A stretch of DNA of 64,000 nt. Source: Proteobacteria bacterium UBA7447 (lineage in GTDB: Bacteria > Pseudomonadota > Gammaproteobacteria > Arenicellales > UBA868). A program made the position numbers and the translations under genes. The stretch covers positions 30,082-94,081 of the forward strand of contig DLPX01000033.1 of assembly GCA_002477475.1 (NCBI GenBank), given 5' to 3'. The notes under the pieces are model-generated. The model worked only from the letters and a program-made list of their open reading frames with translations, searched no databases and was not told the origin of the DNA. Shown piece after piece: positions 10,867-20,689 of the stretch; within the stretch, counting starts at the first letter, position 1; each line of letters opens with the position of its first letter.

Positions 10867-10976
10867 CACGAAAAGGCACAAGACCCGTAGGGTTCAACTC
10901 CTTAACGCGGTCGGGTTTCAGGCAACGGCCGTCGCGCAGGGCTAATCCACAACCCACGGTCTTTGACCTGATCATG
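10867..10976. other. Long imperfect inverted repeat (about 110-nt rod-like hairpin) in a divergent intergenic region
   Basis: Nested pairings CACGA/TCATG, AGG/CCT, AAGACC/GGTCTT, GT-AGGGTT/AACCC-AC, CGCG/CGCG. Confidence 0.45.
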
Positions 10977-11094
10977 GCCCCGCCCATCCAGACAGCCAAG
11001 AGATAGTTGACCCGCCGGCCTGATACTTTATGATGCCTGCAGGAAACGATCCGGCCTTGGCTCGAAAAAATCGAACCGAATTATTGAGGACACC

Positions 11095-11973
11095 ATGAGC
11101 ACGCTCTCGAACGCCCTGCACTCTTCTGAATTTGTCGTGACCAGCGAACTCACTCCCCCCAAAGGATTGGATCTTGCACCTCTATTGGAAAAAGCCGGTC
11201 TCCTCAAGCCCTATGTCAGTGCAATCAATCTGACCGAGTCACACGCTGCGAGGATGGCAATGGATCCCGTTGCGGTTGGGCACCTGATGCTAGATGAAGG
11301 TGTGGAGCCTATTGTGCAGATGACGTCTCGCGACAAGAATCGTCTGGCCATCCAGGCAAGCATTCTCGGCGCCTGCGCCCTTGGGATCTCCAACCTGGTC
11401 TTCATGGGCGGAGATTCTCCAAAGAACGGGGATCACCCTGATGCCAAGCCGGTTTTTGATCTTTTTGCGTCTCAACTGCTCGAGGCAGTGCGTGCCTTGA
11501 ACAACGGTGCCGATCTGAATGGAAACACCCTTAACCAGCATACCGAGATCTTTGCCGGCGCAGTGGTTAATCCGGGGGCAACTGACCCTGATGCCGAGAT
11601 TGAAAATCTGCATCGAAAAATTAACGGAGGCGCCGAATTTTTCCAGACCCAGGCTGTGTATGACGTGAATGCATTTTCAGCATTCCTGGAAAAAGCCAAT
11701 TCTCCCAAACCGATTCTCGCCGGGATCATCCCAATCAAATCAGTAAAAATGGCGCAGTACATGAACGAACGCATTCCGGGCGTAGACATACCGAATCATC
11801 TGATCGAGAAGATTGCTGCTGCGGGGGAAGATAAGGACGAGATTGCCCGGATCAGCATCGAAATCGCCGCTGACACGATACGGGAGTTACGCTCCGTGAC
11901 CAAGGGAATTCATGTCATGGCCATCGGCTGGGAGCAACATATTCCAACAATGCTGGAGCAGTCCCAGAGCTAG
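11095..11973 (+). CDS. metF: Methylenetetrahydrofolate reductase
   Basis: ELTPPKG, QMTSRDKNRLAIQ, GGD, KINGGAEFFQTQAVYD. Confidence 0.88.
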   Translation: MSTLSNALHSSEFVVTSELTPPKGLDLAPLLEKAGLLKPYVSAINLTESHAARMAMDPVAVGHLMLDEGVEPIVQMTSRDKNRLAIQASILGACALGISNLVFMGGDSPKNGDHPDAKPVFDLFASQLLEAVRALNNGADLNGNTLNQHTEIFAGAVVNPGATDPDAEIENLHRKINGGAEFFQTQAVYDVNAFSAFLEKANSPKPILAGIIPIKSVKMAQYMNERIPGVDIPNHLIEKIAAAGEDKDEIARISIEIAADTIRELRSVTKGIHVMAIGWEQHIPTMLEQSQS

Positions 11974-11974
11974 G

Positions 11975-13294
11975 TCAGATATCGAGCACCAGGACTTCTC
12001 CCGCTTTGGCGCGGGAAACGCAGGTCATGATGTCTGCGGACGATGCCTTTTCTGCGTCCGTCAACACCAGGTCACGATGCTCCGGAACCCCCCCGAGCAG
12101 GCCAATTCTGCAACAGCCGCATAGTCCATCCTCACAGGAGGATTCGATCTCGACTCCGGCTTCCCGGACCACCTCCAATAGGGTCTTATCCGTCGGCACC
12201 TCAAGACGCAAATTCCTTCGCGAAAGCACCACCTCAAAAACTTCGTTCCTTTGTGTTGCTTGATCAGCCTCTGGAGTAAACGGCTCCCAATGGACCGTGC
12301 CGGCGGGCCAGTGAGCGGCTTTTTCCCTAACGCTCCCCACCAATCCTGCCGGACCACAGACATAAACATGCTCGCCTTCTGATGGATTCTCCAGAAGACG
12401 ATCCAGATCAATTCCTTGCGCAGGGTCACCATTATCGAAGTGCAGGGTCAGGTTATCCCCGAAGATGGACTGCACCTCCTCCAGCAGGGGTGCCCGCGCC
12501 TCGTCCGGAGCACAAAAGTGCAAGTGACAATCCATGCCCTGCCGGCTCAACTGATACCCCATTGCCATTACCGGCGTGACACCGATTCCTCCTGCAATAA
12601 GCGTGTGGCGAGCAGCTGTCTCATTTAGGGGAAAGTTATTGGAGGGAAGACTGGCCACGACGTCGTCCCCCACAGCAAGATGATCCAGCAGCCAGTCTGA
12701 TCCGCCTCGACTTGGCTGCTCGCGGCGGATTCCCAGCACATAGCGGTCACGCACAGCGCAGTCTCCTGCCAGGGAATACGAGCGCCTTAACCCGTCACCC
12801 GTAAAAAGATCGATATGGGCGCCGGGCTCAAATTCCGGGAGATCTCCACCGTCGTCTCGCATGAGTTCATAACGACGGATGTCGTGCGGATACTCATCGA
12901 TGCCACTGACCTTGAGCTCAAGGCGCGTGGAGACTTTGGGATCCAGAACTTTCTGTTCCGTTCGCAGCAGCAACCGCTCTACCAGACGGCCATGGGTGAC
13001 ATGGGAATCCAGAATTTCATCAATATCCTCTCGGCTACGATAGTGATACCACGTGCCTTCGGGATAGATCACCATCACCGGGCCGAGTTCACAACGGTCG
13101 AGGCAGCCACATTTATTCATTCGGATACGCTGATTGATCTTGAGTTCCTTGCCCCGCGCTTTCATGTATTCCTGCAGTGCGACAGAACCCCGAGCGCTAC
13201 ACGAGCCCCGATGGTGCCCCGGGGCTCTTTCGTTTACACAACAAAACACATGGATATCGAAGTAACCCTCTCCGGATGCAGCCGTTGCTTTCAT
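11975..13294 (-). CDS. Fusion: thioredoxin-like [2Fe-2S] ferredoxin + PDR/VanB-type flavin/NAD/[2Fe-2S] reductase
   Basis: N-terminal HVFCCVNER...SC...GCLDRCELGPVMVIYPEGTWY; then RRSYSL, GGIGVTP, YVCGP and C-terminal CEDGLCGCC...CVSRA. Confidence 0.88.
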   Translation of the reverse strand: MKATAASGEGYFDIHVFCCVNERAPGHHRGSCSARGSVALQEYMKARGKELKINQRIRMNKCGCLDRCELGPVMVIYPEGTWYHYRSREDIDEILDSHVTHGRLVERLLLRTEQKVLDPKVSTRLELKVSGIDEYPHDIRRYELMRDDGGDLPEFEPGAHIDLFTGDGLRRSYSLAGDCAVRDRYVLGIRREQPSRGGSDWLLDHLAVGDDVVASLPSNNFPLNETAARHTLIAGGIGVTPVMAMGYQLSRQGMDCHLHFCAPDEARAPLLEEVQSIFGDNLTLHFDNGDPAQGIDLDRLLENPSEGEHVYVCGPAGLVGSVREKAAHWPAGTVHWEPFTPEADQATQRNEVFEVVLSRRNLRLEVPTDKTLLEVVREAGVEIESSCEDGLCGCCRIGLLGGVPEHRDLVLTDAEKASSADIMTCVSRAKAGEVLVLDI

Positions 13295-13320
13295 ATTGCT
13301 ATTTTCTTCTCGCTGTCAGG

Positions 13321-14343
13321 TTAGCCGGCACTCGGACCGGGCTGCTGTTGAGTGATACAGTGAATGCCGCCTCCACCGGGGGCAATATCATCAATTCGCA
13401 GCGGAATGATCTCCCGTCTAGGGAAAAGCTGCTGATATGTCGCTTTAGCCCTGTCATCGGCAGACAGGCCGTAAGATGGCATGATAACAGCGCCATTCGC
13501 GATGTAACTGTTGATATACGAGGTACAGAATCGCTCTCCCTCATCACACTGCCACGCATCTTCAATGAAAATCAGATCCAGTATTCTTCCCTTGGCATCG
13601 GTCTGCCCCTCGAGGGCGCGGCGATTTTCCATAAGTACGTCATAACGCGGATGCGCACCATCGAACGCAGCTTCGACCAGCACTCGCCCCGGGCCTACGA
13701 ATGCAGCCAAGCCATCAACATGGCCATTGGTTTCGTCCTCGTAGGGATCACCTGGAATCCAGATGACTTTAGTGACGCCGAGCATCCGGCATAACTCCGC
13801 TTCAACTTCGCTCTTACTCCAGCCCGGGTTACGGTTGGGATTTAAAAAACAGGTCTCTGTAGTGATGAGAGTGCCCTCACCGTCCACAGTGATACCGCCT
13901 CCTTCCGCTATCATTCTTGATGGGAACATCTGCAATCCCAGTGTTGACATCAACCGGGGTGCAGCTTGGGCGTCATCCTCGAACGGCTCGTAGTTGCCGC
14001 CCCACGCGTTGAAGCCAAAACAAGCGCCAGCGACATCACCGCGATCATTAACAAGAAAATTAGGTCCATTGTCACGAAACCAGCCGTCATCTATCGGAAT
14101 CTCAACACAATTGATCTGGCTTCCCAACACCGTCTGTGCTGCTTCTCGGTCTTGCGGATGAACGACCATCGACACAGGCTCAAAACGTGAAATTGTCTTG
14201 GCTACTTCTGCGTAATTTAGACAAGTTGCCTCGCTGTTAAAGCCTTCGCGACAGGGCCAGGCCATCCAGCACTGTGAGTGGTTCTGCCACTCTGCAGGCA
14301 TATGGAAGCCCACCGATGCAGCCTCGGATAAGTTGAGATTCAT
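13321..14343 (-). CDS. aguA: Agmatine deiminase (peptidyl-arginine deiminase-like family)
   Basis: MPAEW, WFRDNGP, EGGGITVDGEGT, TNGHVD, SYIN, GGGGIHCITQQQP. Confidence 0.92.
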   Translation of the reverse strand: MNLNLSEAASVGFHMPAEWQNHSQCWMAWPCREGFNSEATCLNYAEVAKTISRFEPVSMVVHPQDREAAQTVLGSQINCVEIPIDDGWFRDNGPNFLVNDRGDVAGACFGFNAWGGNYEPFEDDAQAAPRLMSTLGLQMFPSRMIAEGGGITVDGEGTLITTETCFLNPNRNPGWSKSEVEAELCRMLGVTKVIWIPGDPYEDETNGHVDGLAAFVGPGRVLVEAAFDGAHPRYDVLMENRRALEGQTDAKGRILDLIFIEDAWQCDEGERFCTSYINSYIANGAVIMPSYGLSADDRAKATYQQLFPRREIIPLRIDDIAPGGGGIHCITQQQPGPSAG

Positions 14344-14356
14344 GATATAAATAATT

Positions 14357-14722
14357 CTAAGGGGCGTGCACACCGATACCCTTCACGCGGTACTCGTCCC
14401 GAGGTGGGCTGAACACGTCAAGAACGCGCGCGCCGTTAGGGCCTGCCCGAAAAGCGTGATTGATATCGGGTGGCGTGCGCCAAAAATCCCCAGCCGAGAC
14501 TGTGGTCTCTTCCCCATCCTGAATACGTACCCCACTGCCTTCCAACAAAATGCCCCACTGTTCCTGTGGATGAGAATGGAGTTCGCTCTCACATCCCGGA
14601 TCAAGACAAACAACTGAGAGCATCGCATGGTCGCCAGGGAATATCCGCGTGGAGACTCCTGGCGAGAGCTCGCGCAGAATTCCCTGATCCTGTTTGTGGA
14701 GATTGAAAAAATTTTTTCTCAA
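14357..14722 (-). CDS. Cupin domain protein
   Basis: HSHPQEQ...G...H motif and DVFSPPRDEY; start codon uncertain (TTG). Confidence 0.8.
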   Translation of the reverse strand: MRKNFFNLHKQDQGILRELSPGVSTRIFPGDHAMLSVVCLDPGCESELHSHPQEQWGILLEGSGVRIQDGEETTVSAGDFWRTPPDINHAFRAGPNGARVLDVFSPPRDEYRVKGIGVHAP

Positions 14723-14932
14723 ATATCACACCCGGCGCCATAGGCCCAGTTTCCGAGCTAGAACGACCCTACGACTGCCATCAGCCTCCTTGAGCCTATT
14801 GTATCGATCACCGACTGCATCATTCCAGCGATCCAGCTTGGCAGTCAAAGCGCCATCGGAAAAAACTGATACCGTTGTTAAGTAATTCTGTTAAAGCACA
14901 TACGACACCATCACGGTCTGAACCCCTAAACG

Positions 14933-16531
14933 GTGCGGCGAGTGGACTCAACGACAACCCAAGTGACCCGGCCCAAACGTCGAAACGCGGCCCAAAGAAA
15001 GGCAAAAGCGCAGGCGCGTCTTCAGGGCGGCGGCAGCCCTGCGATCCAGCCCGGCATGCCGGGCGGACAATATCGGCCCTTGGGCGACGACGACCTCACC
15101 CGGATTCACGAAGCGGCGCTGACTATCCTTGAAAACACCGGGATCGGAGATCCCCTTCCTGAATTGCTCGATATCGTGCTGCCGCTTGGCGCCACACTGA
15201 ATGATCATGGCCGATTGTGCTTTCCAAGAGGCATGATCGAAGACATCATCGCGGCAGCCGCTCGTGAGTACACGATTTATGCGCGAGGCTCGCGAGCCGG
15301 AAAGGATGACATGTACTGCAACGGCAACTGGGTTTATTTCTCAAACTCCGGCAGCGCCGTCACCACCCTGGATAGCGACAACCTTCACTACCGTCCGTCC
15401 ACGATTCTGGATATTTACGACTTCACCCGGCTAGTCGATCAACTCGACAACATTCACATGTCGGGAGACACGGTGATCGGAACAGATGTGCCTGATGACT
15501 ATGAACACGATATGACCATGGTCTACGCCCTCATGGCTGCCACCGAAAAACCGCTGTGACTGTCTTTTCGAAAGCGCGAAAACATTCGCCCGGCGCTGGA
15601 AATTTTTGACCTTCCAAGCGGTGGCGAAGGCACCTTCCTGAAGAAACCCTCGGTCATATTCGGAGGATGTCCGATCGTCTCTCCGCTTCAGTTCGGCAGA
15701 GAAAATCTGGAGGTCATGATGGATGCCACGCAACTCGGTCTCGTTAGCGATATCGCAGTAGCGCCCCAATCCGGGGCCACAGCACCCGCTACCCTGGCCG
15801 GTATCCTCGCCCAAGTGGTTGCGGAGACTCTTTCCTGTCTGGCCAGCGTCAACCTGATTCGTCCGGGCTGTCCCGTCACATTTGCCACCTGGCCGTTTGT
15901 GACTGATCTTCGAACTGGTTCATTCACCGGCGGCAGCGGTGAACAGGCCTTGCTCGCTGCTGCGGCAATTCAGATGGGGAATTTCTACGATCTGCCTAAC
16001 AGCGCCGGTGCCGGAATGACCGATTCCAAGATTCCAGATGCCCAATATGGCTATGAGAAAGGATTAACGATCGCACTTGCAGCGCTGTCGGGAGCGAATC
16101 GTGTCTGCGAAGTCGGCGGCATGATGGGCAGCCTTATGGGCTGCAGCTTCGAATCTATGGTGATAGATAACGAGGCGGTCGGCATGATCCAGCGTGCGGT
16201 ACGTGGAATTGAGATCTCCGATGACACGTTATCGGTAGAAACGATCCATCAGTGCGCCGTTGATCCGGGTCATTTTCTGGGCAACGAGCAGACCTTAAGC
16301 ATGATGGAAAGCGAGTACGTTTACCCCAACATGATGGACCGCTCGCCGGCAGACCAATGGGAAGCCGAGGGCGCTCACGACTTATTCGAGCGCGGCCGCA
16401 AAGCAAGCCGCGAGATACTCGCGGCTCATTATCCCAATTACTTCAGCCCGTAGGCCGACGCCCTAATCCGGGAAAAGTTCCCAATAAAGATCTCGAGCGA
16501 CGACATGCGCCCGGACAACGGGCGCTGGTAG
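14933..16531 (+). pseudogene. Trimethylamine methyltransferase (MttB) family protein interrupted by two in-frame stops (TGA 15557-15559, TAG 16451-16453)
   Basis: ORFs 14933..15559 and 15716..16453 share one frame. Reading through gives TEKPL*LSFRKRENIRP...VSPLQF...GATAPATLAG...DSKIPDAQYGYEK...YFSP*ADALIREKFPI...GRW, about 532 codons. Confidence 0.85.
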
Positions 16532-16614
16532 CACTGGCCTTTAATATCGAATCAAGCTGCGATAAAACCGTCTCGATTCTGTGCGTCGTCATTCACGCGC
16601 AGAGACGAGAAACG

Positions 16615-16902
16615 TTAGATCGGACACTCGGCAAATTTCGATTGGGTAGCCTTCACTTCCTCGATCTCACCTACGGCATTTGCTATCTCGGAAACCGTTT
16701 TGTATCCAGCAAACGGTTCGCCGTCACAAGCATCTCTCATTAGTCCGAATCCGCCCGTTTCTTCTACCGTTCTGACAGAGGTATACAGGAAGATATCTGC
16801 AACTGAACACTGCGAGCCGATTAAGACCGGTCCTGCATTCACAGAAACCAAATGTCGTTCCAGGAAAACGAGTCGATTCCGATTTAGCTTTCCTGAAAGC
16901 AC
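16615..16902 (-). pseudogene. Probable glutathione S-transferase C-terminal fragment
   Basis: FLERHL...GPVLIGSQCSVADIFLY resembles the GST C-terminal (S/T)xAD motif; no N-terminal domain; abuts the stop of the LysE gene. Confidence 0.45.
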
Positions 16903-16911
16903 CTCACCCTA

Positions 16912-17502
16912 TCACCCCAACGCAACTGCCCAAATAACCACCAGAACCGTCACAACACTGAGACTGCGCATCAGCCAGCGTTCTGCCGGTCGGCCACCCA
17001 CGGCCGCGACGAGCATCGCACCCCCAGCACACCAGATGCAGTGAAGCACGACCTGAACTACGAGGAAAGTGAGGCTGATGATGATGGCCTGGGGGATCAG
17101 CGGCTGGGTGCTATCCGTGAACTGGGCATAGGCAAAAACCAGCATGGCCCAGGCCTTGGGATTCAGCGGATGCACGGCGAGCCCCTTCCAGAATGACTCC
17201 GGCTGCCTGAGGTCACGCTCCGCCATCAGAAATCCTGACATCCGCAACGCCAGCCACGCGAGATAGGCCACACAGACGATCTTAAGCGCGAGCAGAAATC
17301 GTGGCTCGTAGGAAAGCAGCTCCCACAAGCCAAGGGCCAGCAGGATATTTACCAGCAATTTACCCAGCGTCACTCCCGCCACAAACGGAAGACTGCGCCA
17401 GAAACCGAAGTTCGCCCCGGATGTCATCAGCAACATATTCGCGGGCCCCGGCGTACCGACCATAAAAATCACGAACAACAAAAAGGGCGCAAAATCGATC
17501 AT
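16912..17502 (-). CDS. LysE/RhtB family translocator
   Basis: TPGPANM...G, hydrophobic helices, LNPKAW. Confidence 0.9.
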   Translation of the reverse strand: MIDFAPFLLFVIFMVGTPGPANMLLMTSGANFGFWRSLPFVAGVTLGKLLVNILLALGLWELLSYEPRFLLALKIVCVAYLAWLALRMSGFLMAERDLRQPESFWKGLAVHPLNPKAWAMLVFAYAQFTDSTQPLIPQAIIISLTFLVVQVVLHCIWCAGGAMLVAAVGGRPAERWLMRSLSVVTVLVVIWAVALG

Positions 17503-17570
17503 TTTTATTTGGTTAACAAACTGTCACAAAATTTTTTACAGGATAATATGTTACTGTCTTTTGCCTTCTC

Positions 17571-18341
17571 ATGCGGAATCCAACATTGACGATCAATCAG
17601 GCTTCTCAGATACAGGTGATTGACCGTGCAACTCTTCTCTTGGATGCTATTGCCCGTTACCGCAAACCCGTCAGCCTCAAGATTCTGACTGCAGAGACGG
17701 GCCTGCATTCAAGCACGGCCCATCGGATATTAGGATCTCTGATTCATAACGGGCTCGTTGAAAAGAACAGTGATAACCATTACCGACTGGGACTTCGACT
17801 GGTGCAGCTGGGCACTCGCCTGCATAGCACTCTTGACCTTCGGGCAATCGCACTGCCGTTCATGGAATCGCTGCGCGATGAGTTTCATGAAACAGTAAAC
17901 CTCAGTATCCGCGAAGGGGATCAGGTTGTTTACATTGAGCGGGTGACACCCGACCGAATGATGCATGTGCATCAGGTCGTAGGCAGTCGGGCTCCGCTGC
18001 ACGTTACGGCGGTTGGCAAACTGATGCTGGGCGCCGCGGGGCGTGATGCCTGTGTGGATTACGGTAAACGCACCAACCTACCGGCCTACACCAAAAATAC
18101 GATTACCTCCATCGACCGACTGGTAGAAGAATCTGCGGTTGCGCGCGAACAAAGGTATGCACTGGATAATGAAGAGGCTGAACTCGGTGTCGGCTGCATC
18201 GGTGTCCTACTTCATGACAATACCGGCCAAGTGTCAGCAGGCCTATCGGTCTCAGCTCCCATAGAAAGAAGGGATATCAGTTGGGCTCAAGAACTGCTTC
18301 GTGCCAGCGACAGCATCTCCCGATCACTCGGTTCAGGGTAA
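17571..18341 (+). CDS. IclR family transcriptional regulator
   Basis: IDRATLLLD...HTH, ETVNL, GSRAPLHVTAVGK, DNEEAELGVGCI. Confidence 0.92.
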   Translation: MRNPTLTINQASQIQVIDRATLLLDAIARYRKPVSLKILTAETGLHSSTAHRILGSLIHNGLVEKNSDNHYRLGLRLVQLGTRLHSTLDLRAIALPFMESLRDEFHETVNLSIREGDQVVYIERVTPDRMMHVHQVVGSRAPLHVTAVGKLMLGAAGRDACVDYGKRTNLPAYTKNTITSIDRLVEESAVAREQRYALDNEEAELGVGCIGVLLHDNTGQVSAGLSVSAPIERRDISWAQELLRASDSISRSLGSG

Positions 18342-18366
18342 TTCCCGGCAGCGCCTGATCAGACTA

Positions 18367-18383
18367 ATTCCACATTGTGGGAT
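18367..18383. promoter_or_regulatory. Palindromic putative IclR-type operator upstream of glcB
   Basis: ATTCCACA-T-TGTGGGAT (7 of 8 paired), followed by a second half-site-like TCCACAAT; lies about 85 bp upstream of malate synthase. Confidence 0.55.
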
Positions 18384-18467
18384 ATTTCTCCACAATACAA
18401 AATTTGCGAGTATGATCGTCGTCTGGGGAGAGAACTGCTGTAAAGCCGTTTGGCTTAAAAATTTGTA

Positions 18468-20630
18468 GTGAACGATCGAGTATCTTTGCACGGTCTCAGT
18501 ATCGACCGTGACCTGTTTGCGCTGATCAATGATCAGGCGCTGCCGCATATCGGGATAGCGCATGAGGCTTTTTGGTCCGGATTCTCTGATCTCATCTCAG
18601 AGTTGACGCCAAAAAACCGCGCCTTGCTGGCGCGTCGTGAAGAGCTTGAGACCCTGATCAACGAGTGGCATGCCGAGCGCCGTGGCATCCCTCATGACCC
18701 CAAATCCTACCGGGCGTTTCTATCCGACATAGGTTATCTCGCACCTGAAGGGCCTGATTTCAGTGTGTCGACCCAAGGAATCGACCCGGAAATCACTGCG
18801 ATCCCTGGGCCGCAGCTGGTGGTTCCGGTCAACAATGCCCGCTATGCCATCAACGCGACGAATGCGAGGTGGGGCTCTCTATATGACGCTCTTTATGGGA
18901 CGGATGTCATCAGCGATGAAGATAGCGCGCTGACGAGCGGCCAGTACAGCGAGGCCAGAGGGCGCCGTGTCGTAGCCTTTGCCAATCGCTTTCTCGATGA
19001 GACAGTCCCCTTCGATGACGCTGCCTATGGAGACATCACCGGCTTTGTTGTTGAGGACCAAATACTTAAGGCCACGTGCTCAAACGGAAAGTCCGCTCTC
19101 CTATCCAACGCTGAGCACTTCGTCGGATACCGCGGAGATACCCTTAATCCAACCTCTATACTGCTAAAGCACCATCAACTGCATATCGAACTCGTCATTG
19201 ACCGTGCTCATCCTGTCGGAAAGAAAAGTGCCAGTGGCGTCAGCGATGTGCTGCTTGAGTCTGCGATTACAGTGATCCAGGATTGTGAAGACTCTGTGGC
19301 GGCAGTGGATGGGCCAGACAAAACACAGGTCTACGCAAACTGGTTGGGACTCATGCGCGGCACACTGTCCACGATCGTATCTAAAGGCGGAGAAACTTTC
19401 GAACGCACCTTGAACCCAGACCGGGAATACCTGGGCGCCCACGGTTCACAGCTTATGCTCCCAGGCCGAGCGCTCATGCTCGTCAGAAATGTCGGCCATC
19501 TGATGACCAATCCGGCAATTCTGGACGCTGAAGGCAATGAAGTCTTTGAGGGCATTATGGATGCCGTCATTACGGGTCTGATCGCCCTGCATGATCTCAA
19601 AGACCCGGCCCAACGTAACTCCCGGACCGGTGCGATGTACGTCGTTAAACCGAAGATGCACGGGCCAGAAGAAACAGCATTCAGCGTCGAACTCTTTGAG
19701 CGCACCGAACAACTTCTTGGGATGGCTTCGGGAACGATGAAGATCGGCATCATGGACGAAGAACGGCGCACCACGGTTAACCTCAAAGAGTGTATCCGCA
19801 CCGCCTCTGACCGAGTCATCTTCATCAACACCGGGTTTCTTGACCGCACCGGTGACGAAATTCACACCTCCATGGAGGCGGGACCGATGATCCGCAAAGC
19901 GGATATGAAGGCCGAGCCTTGGATCAAGGCCTACGAAGACTGGAATGTTGACGTAGGGCTTCAATGCGGTCTGCCCGGCCATGCCCAAATCGGCAAAGGC
20001 ATGTGGCCCATGCCGGATGAAATGGCGGCCATGATGAAAGCAAAGGGAGATCATCCCCGTTCCGGCGCCAATACTGCCTGGGTCCCCTCACCCACGGCGG
20101 CAACCCTTCACGCCATGCACTATCACGAAACCGATGTGCTTGCGCGCCAGGATGAACTCAAAAACCGGGCGCAGGCGAGCCTTGACGATATTCTGAAGAT
20201 TCCGCTCAGTGACAGCCCAAACTGGTCGACAGAGGAGATCGACGAGGAAATTGACAACAATTGTCAGGGGATTCTGGGCTACGTCGTCAGGTGGATCGAC
20301 CAGGGAGTCGGCTGCTCAAAGGTGCCGGATATCCGTGACATTGGTCTGATGGAAGACCGTGCCACTCTCCGGATCTCGAGCCAGCACATAGCCAACTGGC
20401 TTCATCACGGGATTGTTACCGAAGACCAGGTCATGACATCTTTAAAGCGGATGGCTGCCGTCGTTGATCGACAAAATGCCGCCGACCCGCAGTATCAATC
20501 CATGGCGCCAGGATGCGATGAAGTTGCGTTTGAAGCAGCCTGCGACCTCATTTTCCGGGGACGGGAAGTCTGCAACGGCTACGCCGAGCCTCCGCTACAT
20601 CTACGAAGACTGCAAAAGAAGTCGAGCTGA
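18468..20630 (+). CDS. glcB: Malate synthase G
   Basis: [73 protein letters not shown]; 720 aa. Confidence 0.97.
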   Translation: MNDRVSLHGLSIDRDLFALINDQALPHIGIAHEAFWSGFSDLISELTPKNRALLARREELETLINEWHAERRGIPHDPKSYRAFLSDIGYLAPEGPDFSVSTQGIDPEITAIPGPQLVVPVNNARYAINATNARWGSLYDALYGTDVISDEDSALTSGQYSEARGRRVVAFANRFLDETVPFDDAAYGDITGFVVEDQILKATCSNGKSALLSNAEHFVGYRGDTLNPTSILLKHHQLHIELVIDRAHPVGKKSASGVSDVLLESAITVIQDCEDSVAAVDGPDKTQVYANWLGLMRGTLSTIVSKGGETFERTLNPDREYLGAHGSQLMLPGRALMLVRNVGHLMTNPAILDAEGNEVFEGIMDAVITGLIALHDLKDPAQRNSRTGAMYVVKPKMHGPEETAFSVELFERTEQLLGMASGTMKIGIMDEERRTTVNLKECIRTASDRVIFINTGFLDRTGDEIHTSMEAGPMIRKADMKAEPWIKAYEDWNVDVGLQCGLPGHAQIGKGMWPMPDEMAAMMKAKGDHPRSGANTAWVPSPTAATLHAMHYHETDVLARQDELKNRAQASLDDILKIPLSDSPNWSTEEIDEEIDNNCQGILGYVVRWIDQGVGCSKVPDIRDIGLMEDRATLRISSQHIANWLHHGIVTEDQVMTSLKRMAAVVDRQNAADPQYQSMAPGCDEVAFEAACDLIFRGREVCNGYAEPPLHLRRLQKKSS

Positions 20631-20689
20631 AGCTAAGTAGCCCCTCTAAATCGATTTCTCGATCTGCTGCGGCACGGATGAGGGTGGGC

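Noticed and set aside
10880-10915. tRNA gene suggested by the GGTTCAACTCC T-arm-like sequence
   Set aside because: No matching acceptor stem, D-arm or 7-nt anticodon loop could be built
13321-14930. Guanidine riboswitch upstream of the agmatine deiminase/cupin genes (also checked 58811-59017)
   Set aside because: No ykkC or paired ACGR-hairpin consensus was recognisable by eye
14933-16531. Pyrrolysine use or a genome-wide alternative genetic code
   Set aside because: The TAG is not at the MttB Pyl position, no pyl genes are in the window, and TAG and TGA terminate many other intact genes here normally
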